The notes below the pieces were generated by a model, which did not search any database, had not been told where the DNA came from, and worked only from the letters and a program-made list of their open reading frames with translations. Positions 32,520 through 42,649 of a DNA stretch of 64,000 bases are shown in pieces. Both the position numbers and the translations under genes were made by a program. Positions within the stretch are counted from its first letter, which is position 1, and each line of letters starts with the position of its first letter. This DNA is from an uncultured Spirochaetota bacterium (lineage in GTDB: Bacteria > Spirochaetota > Spirochaetia > SZUA-6 > Fen-1364), in the NCBI GenBank assembly GCA_963734545.1, contig CAVTHO010000004.1, forward strand, positions 719,974 through 783,973, read 5' to 3'.

Positions 32520-33745
32520 CCTGAGCTCCGCACCGGGGCAACCGGCACCAGCACCTTTGCGCCGATCCGCAGAACGCGCGGAACGAGCCTCGGATTGAAC
32601 TCCCGGATCAGCTCGACACCCACGCGGTATTTCCTGGCTATCCCCGAAAGAGTGTCCCCCTCCGTCACGAGATGCACGCGGAAGTCCAGAAGGGGCATGG
32701 TGGATTCCGCGAGAGCCTTTTCCACCGGCGCGCTGTACTCCCGCGGCACCTTGAGCTCGTACTTGTAGGACGCCGGAGGGGTCATGGGAAAGTTGAGCTC
32801 GGCATTGCCGGTGGTCAGCACCTCGAGCGGGACCCCTGATTTCTCTGAGAGGATGCGAAGGTCCACGCACCGGTCAAGCGGGATGCGCGACCAGTCAGGC
32901 GACGTATCCCAGCCGACCTCCATGCCGTAGCGGCCCGGATAGCTGAGAATGCGCGTCACGGCAAGGAACTGGGGAACGAATGCCGATGTTTCACGCGGCA
33001 GCACGCCCTTTCTCCTCAGCGCCCAGTAGTCACTTCCGGGGTACTTCCGCGCGATTGCGGAGAGCTTTCCGACGCCGCAGTTGTACGCGGCAAGCGCCAT
33101 GTACCAGTCCCCGAAAATGCGGTAGTTCTCCGCCAGCTTGTCCAGCGAAGCCTCCGTGGCTTTCCAGAAATCCCTCCGCTCGTCCACCCACTGGTCCATG
33201 CGCAGTCCATACGGGGACGCCGTATTGCGCATGAGCTGCCAGAGCCCCGCAGCGCCTTTCGGAGAGGTAGCCCGGGCCTGGAAGCCCGACTCCACCGCGG
33301 GAAGGTAGCGAAGCTCGGGGGGCAGCCCCCGTTCCGCGATTGCCCGGGTGATGATTGCCCGGTAGCGCAGGCTCCGGTCGAGAACCGCCTGCAGCCAGTC
33401 CCCGCGTCTCGCGCGAAGGCCTTCCACGAACCTGTCAATGACATCTTCGTCAGGAAATGTGAAAGAGTACAACTCCGCGCCGAGGTGTCCCTGCGCCGGC
33501 GGCAGCGGCCCGCCGTCAACCGGAGCCGGCTCCGACCCGGGGGCGGGCATCTGCGCGGGCGCCTGGAGGGACGCTGGCGGCGCCGATGCTCCCAAATCCG
33601 CCGGATACGCGAGTGCGCGTTCCGCGCAAACGCCGTACGGCGGCGCAGGGACGGCCCCGGCCCACACGGAAGCGCTCGCCGCGATGAGGGCGAATCCGAG
33701 CGAGATCAGAGCTTTTCGCCCAGGTATATTCCTGCCCATTCCCAT
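32516..33745 (-). CDS. mltD: Lytic transglycosylase with LysM domain (MltD-like)
   Basis: LPAVESGF, SPKGAAGLWQ, LAAYNCG and ETSAFVP; LysM HLVTEGDTLSGIA. Confidence 0.9.
   Translation of the reverse strand: MGMGRNIPGRKALISLGFALIAASASVWAGAVPAPPYGVCAERALAYPADLGASAPPASLQAPAQMPAPGSEPAPVDGGPLPPAQGHLGAELYSFTFPDEDVIDRFVEGLRARRGDWLQAVLDRSLRYRAIITRAIAERGLPPELRYLPAVESGFQARATSPKGAAGLWQLMRNTASPYGLRMDQWVDERRDFWKATEASLDKLAENYRIFGDWYMALAAYNCGVGKLSAIARKYPGSDYWALRRKGVLPRETSAFVPQFLAVTRILSYPGRYGMEVGWDTSPDWSRIPLDRCVDLRILSEKSGVPLEVLTTGNAELNFPMTPPASYKYELKVPREYSAPVEKALAESTMPLLDFRVHLVTEGDTLSGIARKYRVGVELIREFNPRLVPRVLRIGAKVLVPVAPVRSSG
33595..33647. repeat. 53-nt structured repeat, in-frame inside mltD
   Basis: 43/53 ungapped identity to 46298-46350, with compensatory changes. 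Confidence 0.8.
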
Positions 33746-34752
33746 TGCCCGTTTATTTCCGGATTGGCGGGGAAATCGACCCGGCGAAAGTACAAGTACC
33801 ATATGGGCGGACGCATGTTCCAACCGGTTGTCCTGAGCGTGGCCTCGTTGTCGTTGGCGGCGATGTCGAGCTGCGGATCGATCTTCACGTTCGAGCTGGG
33901 GAGATAGTTTGTGATGTTGTAACCGACGTTCTCCGACTCTACCAGCAGCTCCTGGCCCCAGGGCTCCTGGAAGAAGTTCACCTGTGCCTGGTATCGCCGC
34001 AGCTTCGATATGTTCTTTGTGAGAATTGCATCTTTCACCGCATCCACCAGATCATTCAAGTCAGGCATCGTCCAGTTCTTGTCCGGATAGTAATAGAAGG
34101 AAACCTTTTCCATGGCCTCCCGCAGCGCCCTCGAATCACTGGAGATCTGGGTCTGCGTGGTACCGATATACTTCTGGTAGGCCTGGATGGCCTGCTCCCA
34201 CTCGCCCACCTCCTCGTAGCTTTTCGCCATGTAATACCAGTTGGTGCCGGGGCTCTGATCCGGGAAGCGCGAGAACAGCTCCTTGTAGTGCCCGATCTTG
34301 TCCTCGGGATTCGATTCCAGGCTGAGCAGCTCGCGCAGGCATTGCAGGTGGATCGAGCTGCCCTTCACGAGGAGGTCCCCGTAGTTGGAAAGAATTCTGC
34401 GGTAGTAGTGAATGGCGATGGGGACCGCCTTCATGTCGCGATACGCGTCCGCCACCAGGAGGAGATAGTAGCCGTTGTACATGTCCGCCGGGTTCTTTTC
34501 CACGTGTGTCGTGAGAAAAAGGATCTCCCGGTCGATCCTTCCGGTATTTGCCAGGCCCGCGGCGATCTGCGTGATGAGCACGAACCGATTCTCCTGGTCT
34601 TTCTCACGATTGAAGAGCCGGAAGAGCTCCCGTAATTCCTGGTTCTGCTCGAAAGGGCCTATGTAATAGCGCGTGTCGGAAGGCGCGCAGCCCGCGCACA
34701 GCGCGGCGATTGCGGCCCCGAGCGTCAGAAGGGCGAAAAAGCGTCTTGCCAT
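33706..34752 (-). CDS. TPR lipoprotein
   Basis: Lipobox CAGC; TPRs such as WYYMAKSYEEVGEWEQAIQAYQKY; C-terminal NGQWEWAGIYLGEKL. Confidence 0.8.
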   Translation of the reverse strand: MARRFFALLTLGAAIAALCAGCAPSDTRYYIGPFEQNQELRELFRLFNREKDQENRFVLITQIAAGLANTGRIDREILFLTTHVEKNPADMYNGYYLLLVADAYRDMKAVPIAIHYYRRILSNYGDLLVKGSSIHLQCLRELLSLESNPEDKIGHYKELFSRFPDQSPGTNWYYMAKSYEEVGEWEQAIQAYQKYIGTTQTQISSDSRALREAMEKVSFYYYPDKNWTMPDLNDLVDAVKDAILTKNISKLRRYQAQVNFFQEPWGQELLVESENVGYNITNYLPSSNVKIDPQLDIAANDNEATLRTTGWNMRPPIWYLYFRRVDFPANPEINGQWEWAGIYLGEKL

Positions 34753-34817
34753 TGCCGTGCCGCGAGAGTAGCAGGAACACGAGCGGTTGGCAACAGCAAT
34801 GGAAATTCGATTCGGGT

Positions 34818-34844
34818 GACACGCGTCTCGGCGAGACGCGTGTC
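34818..34844. promoter_or_regulatory. Perfect 13-bp inverted repeat in a divergent promoter region
   Basis: GACACGCGTCTCG-G-CGAGACGCGTGTC. Confidence 0.55.
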
Positions 34845-34891
34845 GGTGTTGGCAAGGCAGAATGGTTCTGTTATTATTCTACAGGCACTCC

Positions 34892-36108
34892 ATGGCTGCG
34901 AAAATCACAAAGACACCGACAGGGCTCTCCGTACCTTCTGCGCCCCTGATACCGTTCATCGAGGGAGACGGCACCGGGCCGGATATCTGGCGCGCCGCGC
35001 GCCGCGTGTTCGACGAGGCGGTGGGCCGCGCATACGGCCGCACGCGCGCAATCGAATGGGTGCAGGTCCTGGCAGGGGAAAAGGCGTTCCGCGAAAAGGG
35101 TGACTGGCTGCCGCCAGAGACCGAAGAGGCGTTCCGCTCGCATCTCGTGGGCATCAAGGGTCCGCTCACCACGCCGGTGGGCGGAGGGATTCGGAGCCTG
35201 AACGTGGCCCTGCGCCAGAAGCTGGACCTCTACGTGTGCCTCAGGCCGGTGCGCTGGTTCCCCGGGGTTCCCTCCCCGTCGTGCACCCCGAGCTGGTGGA
35301 CATGATCGTCTTCAGGGAAAACACGGAAGACGTGTATGCCGGTTTCGAGCTCAAGGAGGGCACCGCGGAGGCGGTCGCGCTCATCGCGCTGCTCAGGCAG
35401 AAGTACGGATGGCAGATCCGGGAGGACTCGGGTCTGGGCATCAAGCCGGTGAGCCGCACCGGCTCCGAACGCCTGGTGCGCGCGGCGCTCCAGTACGCGG
35501 TCTCCCATGGAAGGAAGAGCGTGACCCTTGTGCACAAGGGCAACATCCAGAAGTTCACCGAGGGAGCGTTTCGGGAGTGGGGCTATGAGCTGGCCCGGCG
35601 GGAGTTTGCCGACTCCGTGTTCATCCCTGTTGAAGGCAGCGAGCCGGTCCCCACGCCCGCCGGCAAGGTGCTCGTGAAGGACGCCATCGCCGACAATTTC
35701 CTGCAGCAGATCCTCAGCCGCCCTTCCGAGTTCGACGTGGTGGCCACGACGAACCTCAACGGCGATTATATCTCCGACGCCCTGGCGGCCCAGGTGGGCG
35801 GCATCGGCATCGCGCCGGGGGCGAATATCAACTACGTCACCGGGCACGCGCTTTTCGAGGCAACCCATGGCACGGCGCCCAAATACGCGGGCAAAGACAT
35901 GGCGAACCCCTCCTCGGTGATCCTTTCGGGCGTGATGATGCTCGATTACATGGGCTGGGGCGAGGCGGCAGCGCTCATCGAGGGCGCCCTCACCCGGACC
36001 ATCGCCGCGAAAACCGTCACCTACGACTTCGCGCGGCTCATGGAAGGGGCCGTCAAGGTGTCGACTTCCGAGTTCGCCGACCGTATCGTGGAGAATCTGG
36101 GAAAATGA
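34892..36108 (+). CDS. icd: NADP-dependent isocitrate dehydrogenase (frameshift near 35275)
   Basis: [45 protein letters not shown] and [12 protein letters not shown]. Confidence 0.95.
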
Positions 36109-36650
36109 GAACGCGACACAGCCCGCGCTATCCCAACAAGCTTCTCGTGTGGGGCGTGACGGTCCTGCTGGTAGGCGGCGTGCTCCTCCTGTGGAATTTC
36201 AAATACCTGCCCGAGCCGGGGGAGTTCTGGCCGGTCCCCGTGATCTTCGTCGGGCTCGTATTTCTCTACATGGCGTGGCCCAGGGGGAACTCGGACCGAT
36301 GGATCATTCCCGGCATGGTGTTGACCCTCGGGGGAATAGTGTTCCTGCTCATGAACACCGTGCTGAGCGCGCAGAGTCTTGCGCGCATCTGGCCTGTGTT
36401 CATGCTCGTCACCGGGATCTCCCTGGTACCGTACGGCCTGCGGAAACACGGGTCCGCGCGGACCGCCATCGTCGTGCCCGGCGTCTTCATTTGCTGCCTC
36501 GCGCTGCTTTTCCTCCCGTTCAGCCTGCGTCGGCCCGGCGGGGGACTCATGGCCTTCGTGCAGCAATGGTGGCCCATGATACTTATTATTGTAGGACTTG
36601 CGCTGATAGTTTCATTTTTCGCCACCCGTCGGCCGAGTAATAAGGTATGA
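36105..36650 (+). CDS. LiaF/DUF5668-like multi-TM membrane protein
   Basis: Three repeated TM units containing WP motifs. Confidence 0.75.
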   Translation: MRTRHSPRYPNKLLVWGVTVLLVGGVLLLWNFKYLPEPGEFWPVPVIFVGLVFLYMAWPRGNSDRWIIPGMVLTLGGIVFLLMNTVLSAQSLARIWPVFMLVTGISLVPYGLRKHGSARTAIVVPGVFICCLALLFLPFSLRRPGGGLMAFVQQWWPMILIIVGLALIVSFFATRRPSNKV

Positions 36651-38760
36651 GCAAACGGCTCATCCTCATAGTCTCTCTCTCCATGATCTTCCTCTCCTCG
36701 GCGGGCATCGTCGGGTTCCTGAGCGCGCAGGACGGGGTCGGCCCCACGGTGCCTCCCAAAACCGAGGTAAAAAGCGTGCCCCTGGAGACCCGCTACGCGC
36801 CTGACCGGATCTACCGGGCAGGACCCGGAATCGCGTGGCGCGTGTCGCGGGACCTTGGCGTCCTGCTCTCCACTGATGACGGAGAGACCTGGACGGCCCG
36901 CAACCAGGGGCTGCCCGTCCGCGCTGTCTACCCCTTCACGGCGGACAAGCCGCCGATCATCACGTGCCTGGCGGTGGATCCATACAACCGGAACCGGCTG
37001 GGCGTGTCCACGCTCGACACTCTCTACCTTTCGGAAGACGCGGGGCTCACCTGGGAGCAAGTCCCCCTGAAAGACCCGTTGCGGGCAAATGATCAGATCA
37101 CCTGCCTTGCACTGTCACCCGGCAACGACAACGGCCTGGCGGTCGGGACCTCTTTCCACGGATTCTTCGAGAGCGCCAACCGTGGCAAGACATGGACCTC
37201 CCTGTCCGAACAGCTCGTCCCGCTCCAGTTGGGAGGCGGGAACTACGAGGAGATCGCCTCCCTGGCGTACGATCCCGAGGAGCCTGACCTGATCTGGTTC
37301 AACCTCGGCTTCGGCAAGGGACTCTACACGTACCGCAAGGGCGCCCGGAGCGTGGACCGTGTGAACCTCCCCCCCGGACCGGATTCGTCCCCTGTGCGCG
37401 ACATCTATTTCCGGCGGCAGACGGTCCAGACAGGCTGGTTTCTGGAGACGCGTACGGCGAGCGCCCGATGGTCGCTTTCACACGCCGGCGGCACGTGGAA
37501 GATGGTCGAAAAGATCCGGGAAGAAGTCGCGCTCCCGGCGGACAGGATGCAGAGACTGGCGACAGCGGCCAACAAGTACGGCACGTACGTGTCCTCGTTC
37601 TCGGCAGGCGGGAATCGCATGCCGGGCCTGCTCGAATTCATCCAGAAACAGGGCCTGAACAGCCTCGTCCTGGATTTCAAGGACGACGAAGGCTACGTCA
37701 CCTATGACACGGCCCTCCCGGAGCCGATTCGGATCGGGGCGGTGCGCCACCGCTTCAAGATCGATGAGATCGTGCAGACCGCCCACGCGCGCGGGCTCTA
37801 CCTGATCGGCAGGATCGTGGTCTTTCGTGACAAGCAGCTCTACAACGCGGACAACTTCGCGCACGCCGCGTGGGACCGGAACGGCAAAGGCGCCGTGGCG
37901 CTATCTCAAGAAGAGCGTGGACGAAGAGACGGGAGAGGAGTCGTTCTACCAGGGAGAATACTGGGTCGATCCGTACTCCGAATACGTGTGGGACTACAAC
38001 ATCGCCATCGCAAAGGAGCTGCAGGACAAGGGCGTCGACGAGGTGCAGTTCGACTACATCCGCTTTCCCTCGGATGGAGACCTGGGACGCATCACGTGGC
38101 GCTTCCGCCGGGAGGGGATGGGAAAGCTGGAAGCGCTGGAATCATTTCTCGCCAAGGCGCGGGAGTCCCTGTCCATTCCCCTCTCCACAGACGTCTATGG
38201 ATACTGCGGCTGGGCCCGGATCTCCAACTGGGTTGCACAGAACATAGAGATGTTCTCCCGCTATGTGGATGTCGTGCAGCCGATGTTCTATCCCTCGCAT
38301 TTCCCGCGTGATTTCCTCGGTTCCATGGAGTACCTGCCGCGGGCAAAGTACATCTACCAGGAAGGCACCAGGCGCGCGGCGTACATGGTGGAAGGACGGA
38401 GCATCATCCGCCCTTACGTACAGGCTTTTCGCATCGGCGGAGAGCTCGCTTTCAATCAGCACGTGTACTCCGCCTACCTCGTGAACCAGGTGCAGGGTTC
38501 GCTGCAGGGCGCGGCATCAGGTTTCACTCTCTGGAACGCTTCCAATGACTACTACATGGTCACCGTGCCGCTGGGTCCCGATCATCCAGGGAACGGCGGG
38601 CGGCACCGTCGCGGGGGGCGACGGCACTGTCGCAATGAGCGACAGCAATGTCGCCAGGAGCGACAGGAATGTCGCCAGGAGCGACCGCCGAATGTCGCCA
38701 GGAGCGACAGCGAATGTCGCCAGGAGCGATCTGGCAAACACCCCCGAGGACAAGAGGTGA
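36647..38760 (+). CDS. Putative glycoside hydrolase (DUF4015-like) with N-terminal Asp-box propeller (frameshifts near 37890 and 38580)
   Basis: STDDGETW, SEDAGLTW and SANRGKTW Asp-boxes; VLDFKDDEG, GRIVVFRD, WVDPY, EVQFDYIRFP and PMFYPSHF; repeat-derived tail. Confidence 0.82.
38608..38730 (+). repeat. Six tandem GTCGC-N5-GCGAC hairpins, four with CAGGA loops
   Basis: Stems start at 38608, 38629, 38650, 38671, 38694 and 38716 (periods 21, 21, 21, 23, 22). Confidence 0.9.
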
Positions 38761-40388
38761 AGCGGACGGGATTCGCCCGGTCCCTGCCTTTTGTCCTGGT
38801 CGCGCTCGCGCTGGCCGGATGCGCGACAACAACCTCCGGGCCCCGGGCCGGCACGCCGGAGAAGAAGGCCGCCGTGCTCGCCCAGGCGCTGCGGCTCACG
38901 GAGATTGCGTCCCCTGCCTCCTTGACCGAGGCTGCCGGAATACTCGCCTCCCAGGAAATCGCGGGGATGCCGAACACCGAGGAGCTCATTTCCCTGGGGG
39001 ACGCGCTTTTCAGGCAGCTCTATCCTGAGCTCAACAATCCGTTTCCCGCGGGCGCGCCCCCTCTGTCGAGCGGCGGAGCGGATGCAAGCAACTTTTTTGC
39101 GCGAATAGTGCCCGCCATCGCGCTCATTTTTTCTGCCGGACCTCTGGACGTCGCCCAGGCGGCGGATCTCAAAGCCGGCCTGGCAGCCGCGGACACATTG
39201 AACACGGCTTCGGTTCTCCCCCCCTATCTGCGGGGACTGCTCCTGGAAAGAGAAAGCGGAGCCGCGGCGGCCGGCGCGCGCGCCGAATTCGAGGAGAGCC
39301 TCCGCCGCGCACCTTCTTTCTACCCGGCGGCCGGCAGACTCGTCGATTCCATAGTTGCGGGGGGCACGGCGGCGCGCGAGCTGCCGCTGCTGGAGCGGCT
39401 CGTCTCGTCGCTGCCCACGGCGCCGCTCCGATACTCGGCGCTGGCGCGCGCCGCATTGGCTGCCGGCCAGCCTCAACGGGCCGCCGACGCGGCGGCACAG
39501 GGCCAGCTCGCGGTTCCGGACGACCCCGGGTTCGTCCTGCTTCGCGCACGGGCTTTCGAGGCCCTCGGCGACTGGTACCAGTCCCTCTGGCTTCTCGACA
39601 CGATACTGAGGCTGCACCCCGACCACGCGGCGGCCGCCTTCATGAAGGCACGGCTCCTCTATGAGAAGCAGAAGGACAGCGGGGATGCCATCGCTGTCCT
39701 TCTCGACGCGGAGAAGCGATTCCCGACCGATGCCTCGTTTCCCGAGCTGCGGGGGCGCATCCTCCTGGAGACCTCGCGCAGTGAGGAAGGGGTTGCGGCC
39801 CTCACCCGGGCGATTTCGCTCGAACCGGGCAGGATTTCCACGCTGACCCTGCTGCTGAAGCAGGCGGTGCAGACGGGGAGCTGGACCACGGCATCCTCCC
39901 TGCTCGCGCAGATACCGGAGCAGGCCCGCACGCCGGAACACCTGCGGCTCGGATGGCAGACAGCCTCGAATCTCGGAGATCATGCGCTTGCCATCACCTA
40001 CGCGCAGGCCCTGGAGCGCGTCACGCCCGGCGCGCAGCCGCTCGCCCTCGAGGCAAGATCGATGGCCGCTGCCGGGCGCGGCCCCGAGGCCCTGCAGGTG
40101 GTGACGAAAGCCCTGACCATCGCGGACACACCGGCGCTCCGCAGCGAGCTGTACGTGATCCGGTCTACCGCGGGCTCCGCAGATCCCCTGCGCGATCTCC
40201 GCTCCGCGCTCCTGGAGGACCAGAACAGCGTCGAGGCGCTCCTCGCCATGTCCGACCTGCTGGCGAAACAGCAGGAATACAGAAAGGCCATGGAATATGC
40301 GAAGCGTGCCGCAGGGCTCTCCCCCGGGAATGCGGGCATCACGCAGCGGGCGGCGGATCTGGAAAGACTGGCCGAATCAGGACAATAG
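38757..40388 (+). CDS. TPR-repeat lipoprotein
   Basis: GTG start; MKRTGFARSLPFVLVALALAGC lipobox; multiple TPRs. Confidence 0.82.
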   Translation: MKRTGFARSLPFVLVALALAGCATTTSGPRAGTPEKKAAVLAQALRLTEIASPASLTEAAGILASQEIAGMPNTEELISLGDALFRQLYPELNNPFPAGAPPLSSGGADASNFFARIVPAIALIFSAGPLDVAQAADLKAGLAAADTLNTASVLPPYLRGLLLERESGAAAAGARAEFEESLRRAPSFYPAAGRLVDSIVAGGTAARELPLLERLVSSLPTAPLRYSALARAALAAGQPQRAADAAAQGQLAVPDDPGFVLLRARAFEALGDWYQSLWLLDTILRLHPDHAAAAFMKARLLYEKQKDSGDAIAVLLDAEKRFPTDASFPELRGRILLETSRSEEGVAALTRAISLEPGRISTLTLLLKQAVQTGSWTTASSLLAQIPEQARTPEHLRLGWQTASNLGDHALAITYAQALERVTPGAQPLALEARSMAAAGRGPEALQVVTKALTIADTPALRSELYVIRSTAGSADPLRDLRSALLEDQNSVEALLAMSDLLAKQQEYRKAMEYAKRAAGLSPGNAGITQRAADLERLAESGQ

Positions 40389-40400
40389 ACCCCGCGCCCA

Positions 40401-41633
40401 TCACCGTGCGCCTGCCCGCGCACCGAGGCGCGCCCTTTCCCCTCGGGAAAAAATCCAGAGAGAACCCCCGCCGACCGCGAGAAGCGCGGCGATCATGAGG
40501 AAGATGCCGCCGAGCGGGAGCACGCCGGCGGAGTAGAGGAATGTTCCGATCGAGGGACCGATCAGTCCCCTGATGCCGAAGCAGGTGGTATTGAATCCGA
40601 TATACATGGAAAAATTGGATCTGTCGGAGAGCGCGATAATGCAGAAGATGGGAACAAGGTCCCATCCGGCATTCACGATGCCGGAGAGAATGCTCATGGG
40701 CAGGAGCTGGGAGCTCGTGCGCGCCAGACCGAGCGCCGCGAACCGCAGCGCAAACAGGAATACGACGACGGTGAGCACGGTGAAGCTGTTGAACCGCCGG
40801 AGCGCCTTTGCCCAGAGATAATAGCCGGCGATGCTTGCCACCGACACGACGGTCCCCAGGAGAAAACTGGCCTCGCCGTACCCCAGGTGGAGGAAGTCCA
40901 CGAGCCAGATCGGCTCCAGCGGGACCGCGAGCTTGTCGGGGGTTGCGCAGAGGAAGAGGATCCCCATGAACAGGAGGAACGGGGCGTTCCGCGTGACGGT
41001 TCGGAACGCGCCGAGGAAGGACTCGGGAGATCTCGACCGAACGGCAGGTTCCCGGCGGACCCGTACACCGGCAAATATGAGCGCCGACAGCATGCCGAAT
41101 ACCGCGGCCGCGAGGAAGAGCCAGCGCACAATCGTCTCGTTGGCGTGGAGGAGAATGCCCGCGCACGCCGACAGGGCGGTCGACACGGCCATGATGACGA
41201 TCCGTATGTTGCCCATGAGCCGCCCGCGATGGGCGTCGCTGTAGTTCGTCCGCATGATGCTCGAATAGGCGGGCCCTCCCAGGTTGACCAGGAGGTTGAA
41301 CAGGGACACGACGACGAGGTACGCCGCCGGGGTCCGGACAAAGGCAAGAACCCCGATCAGCGCGCGCGCCGCCAGGGAAGGCCAGAGCACGAAGGGCATT
41401 TTTGCCCGGCTGTCCGCAAGGTGGCCGAACAGGACCCCGAAGAGCGCGCCCACGAATTGCATCGTCACCATGGCCGTGATGCCTGCCGGGCTCATCCCGA
41501 TTCTCCGCGCGACGATGGGGATCAGCGGGAGAGCGAGGCCGGCAAACGCGCCGTAGCACGCCGCTGCCGGAAGATCCTTCGCGAACGTCATTCGATCCGT
41601 GAGGGGAAGCCGTGCGAGGTATGATCTCAACAT
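40401..41633 (-). CDS. MFS transporter
   Basis: About 12 hydrophobic segments; GHLADSR and HRGRLMG motifs. Confidence 0.88.
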   Translation of the reverse strand: MLRSYLARLPLTDRMTFAKDLPAAACYGAFAGLALPLIPIVARRIGMSPAGITAMVTMQFVGALFGVLFGHLADSRAKMPFVLWPSLAARALIGVLAFVRTPAAYLVVVSLFNLLVNLGGPAYSSIMRTNYSDAHRGRLMGNIRIVIMAVSTALSACAGILLHANETIVRWLFLAAAVFGMLSALIFAGVRVRREPAVRSRSPESFLGAFRTVTRNAPFLLFMGILFLCATPDKLAVPLEPIWLVDFLHLGYGEASFLLGTVVSVASIAGYYLWAKALRRFNSFTVLTVVVFLFALRFAALGLARTSSQLLPMSILSGIVNAGWDLVPIFCIIALSDRSNFSMYIGFNTTCFGIRGLIGPSIGTFLYSAGVLPLGGIFLMIAALLAVGGGSLWIFSRGERARLGARAGAR

Positions 41634-41656
41634 CCGGGATTCATTCTATGCGGCGT

Positions 41657-42607
41657 TCACGCCTGCCATCCGTGCTCCGCAAGCCAGTCGACAGATTCGC
41701 ACACCGCCTCCAGGGAGGTGTAGCGCGGCGCATAGTGAATGAGCCGGGCCGCTTTCTCCGCGCTGCAGTTGGGGCTGTGGGCGATGTGGTCCCCGGTGGC
41801 CTCGGCATCCCGCGGCGTCACCGTCTTCCGCCATTCTTCCCACGGCAGATAAGAAAGCTCCGCCTCGTGCCCGAACCACCGGGACAACCGCTCCGCGTAC
41901 CCGCGGAGGGTCAGGGCAGCCGGGGAAACGACGTGGAAGCTCTCCCCGATTGCCGCGGACCTGTACTGCATGGCGCGGCAGAATGCCTGGGCGACATCGT
42001 CTGCATGGACATGGTGCACGGTTTCGAGCCCGAGGTTGGGCAGGAGGAGCTGCTTCCCTTCGGCCAGAGTCCTGAAGACATCCGCATTGAAATTGCCCGC
42101 CGGATTCAAAGGGACCCAGCCCGGGCCGACGATGTGGCCGGGATGAAGGATCGCGGCGGGAAAGCCGGTTCGATGTGACATTTCAAGCAGCCATGCCTCG
42201 ATGGCCGCCTTGCGGATGCCGTAGTCCCCGAAGGGCCTCCTCGGGCCCGCTTCGGTGGTAGGCACAACCTCGCTGTGGCCGTGCACCCAGATCGTGCCGC
42301 AGAAGAGGAATTGACCCACCTTCCCTTCCAGTTTTTCCACGAGCTGCCGCGCGCTTTCCAGGGTAAAGCAGATCAAATCTACGACCACGTCGGGCTTCAG
42401 GGCCGCGATCCGGGCGCCGAAGGACCCTGCCCCTTCCTCCTGGGCGCGATCCGTCTTCTGCTGTTCGACGAACTTCCAGATGCCGGGATTCCGGTAGGGC
42501 TTCCGCGCTCCGCGGCTCAGGGACACCACGGCATGGCCTTCCTGTACCAGGCGGGGAATGAGATACGTGCCGATATGCCCGGTTCCGCCGATGACCACGA
42601 TCTTCAT
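41657..42607 (-). CDS. NAD-dependent epimerase/dehydratase family protein
   Basis: VIGGTGHIG Rossmann motif; YGIRK (YxxxK); HVHADDVA. Confidence 0.9.
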   Translation of the reverse strand: MKIVVIGGTGHIGTYLIPRLVQEGHAVVSLSRGARKPYRNPGIWKFVEQQKTDRAQEEGAGSFGARIAALKPDVVVDLICFTLESARQLVEKLEGKVGQFLFCGTIWVHGHSEVVPTTEAGPRRPFGDYGIRKAAIEAWLLEMSHRTGFPAAILHPGHIVGPGWVPLNPAGNFNADVFRTLAEGKQLLLPNLGLETVHHVHADDVAQAFCRAMQYRSAAIGESFHVVSPAALTLRGYAERLSRWFGHEAELSYLPWEEWRKTVTPRDAEATGDHIAHSPNCSAEKAARLIHYAPRYTSLEAVCESVDWLAEHGWQA

Positions 42608-42649
42608 GATGAGCTCAGGATATTCCACGGGAAGAGTCTTCGCAATTGC

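Noticed and set aside
38608-38730. Mini CRISPR array
   Set aside because: Units are 15-18 nt with only 3-8 nt between them, and no cas genes are present.
37827-40388. 853-aa glycoside hydrolase-TPR fusion ORF
   Set aside because: Frameshift artefact; a separate GTG start with signal peptide and lipobox lies at 38757.
41891-41908. CTCCGCG-TACC-CGCGGAG hairpin resembling the repeat core
   Set aside because: It encodes ordinary epimerase sequence (LRGYAE) with no insertion or flanking motifs; likely chance.
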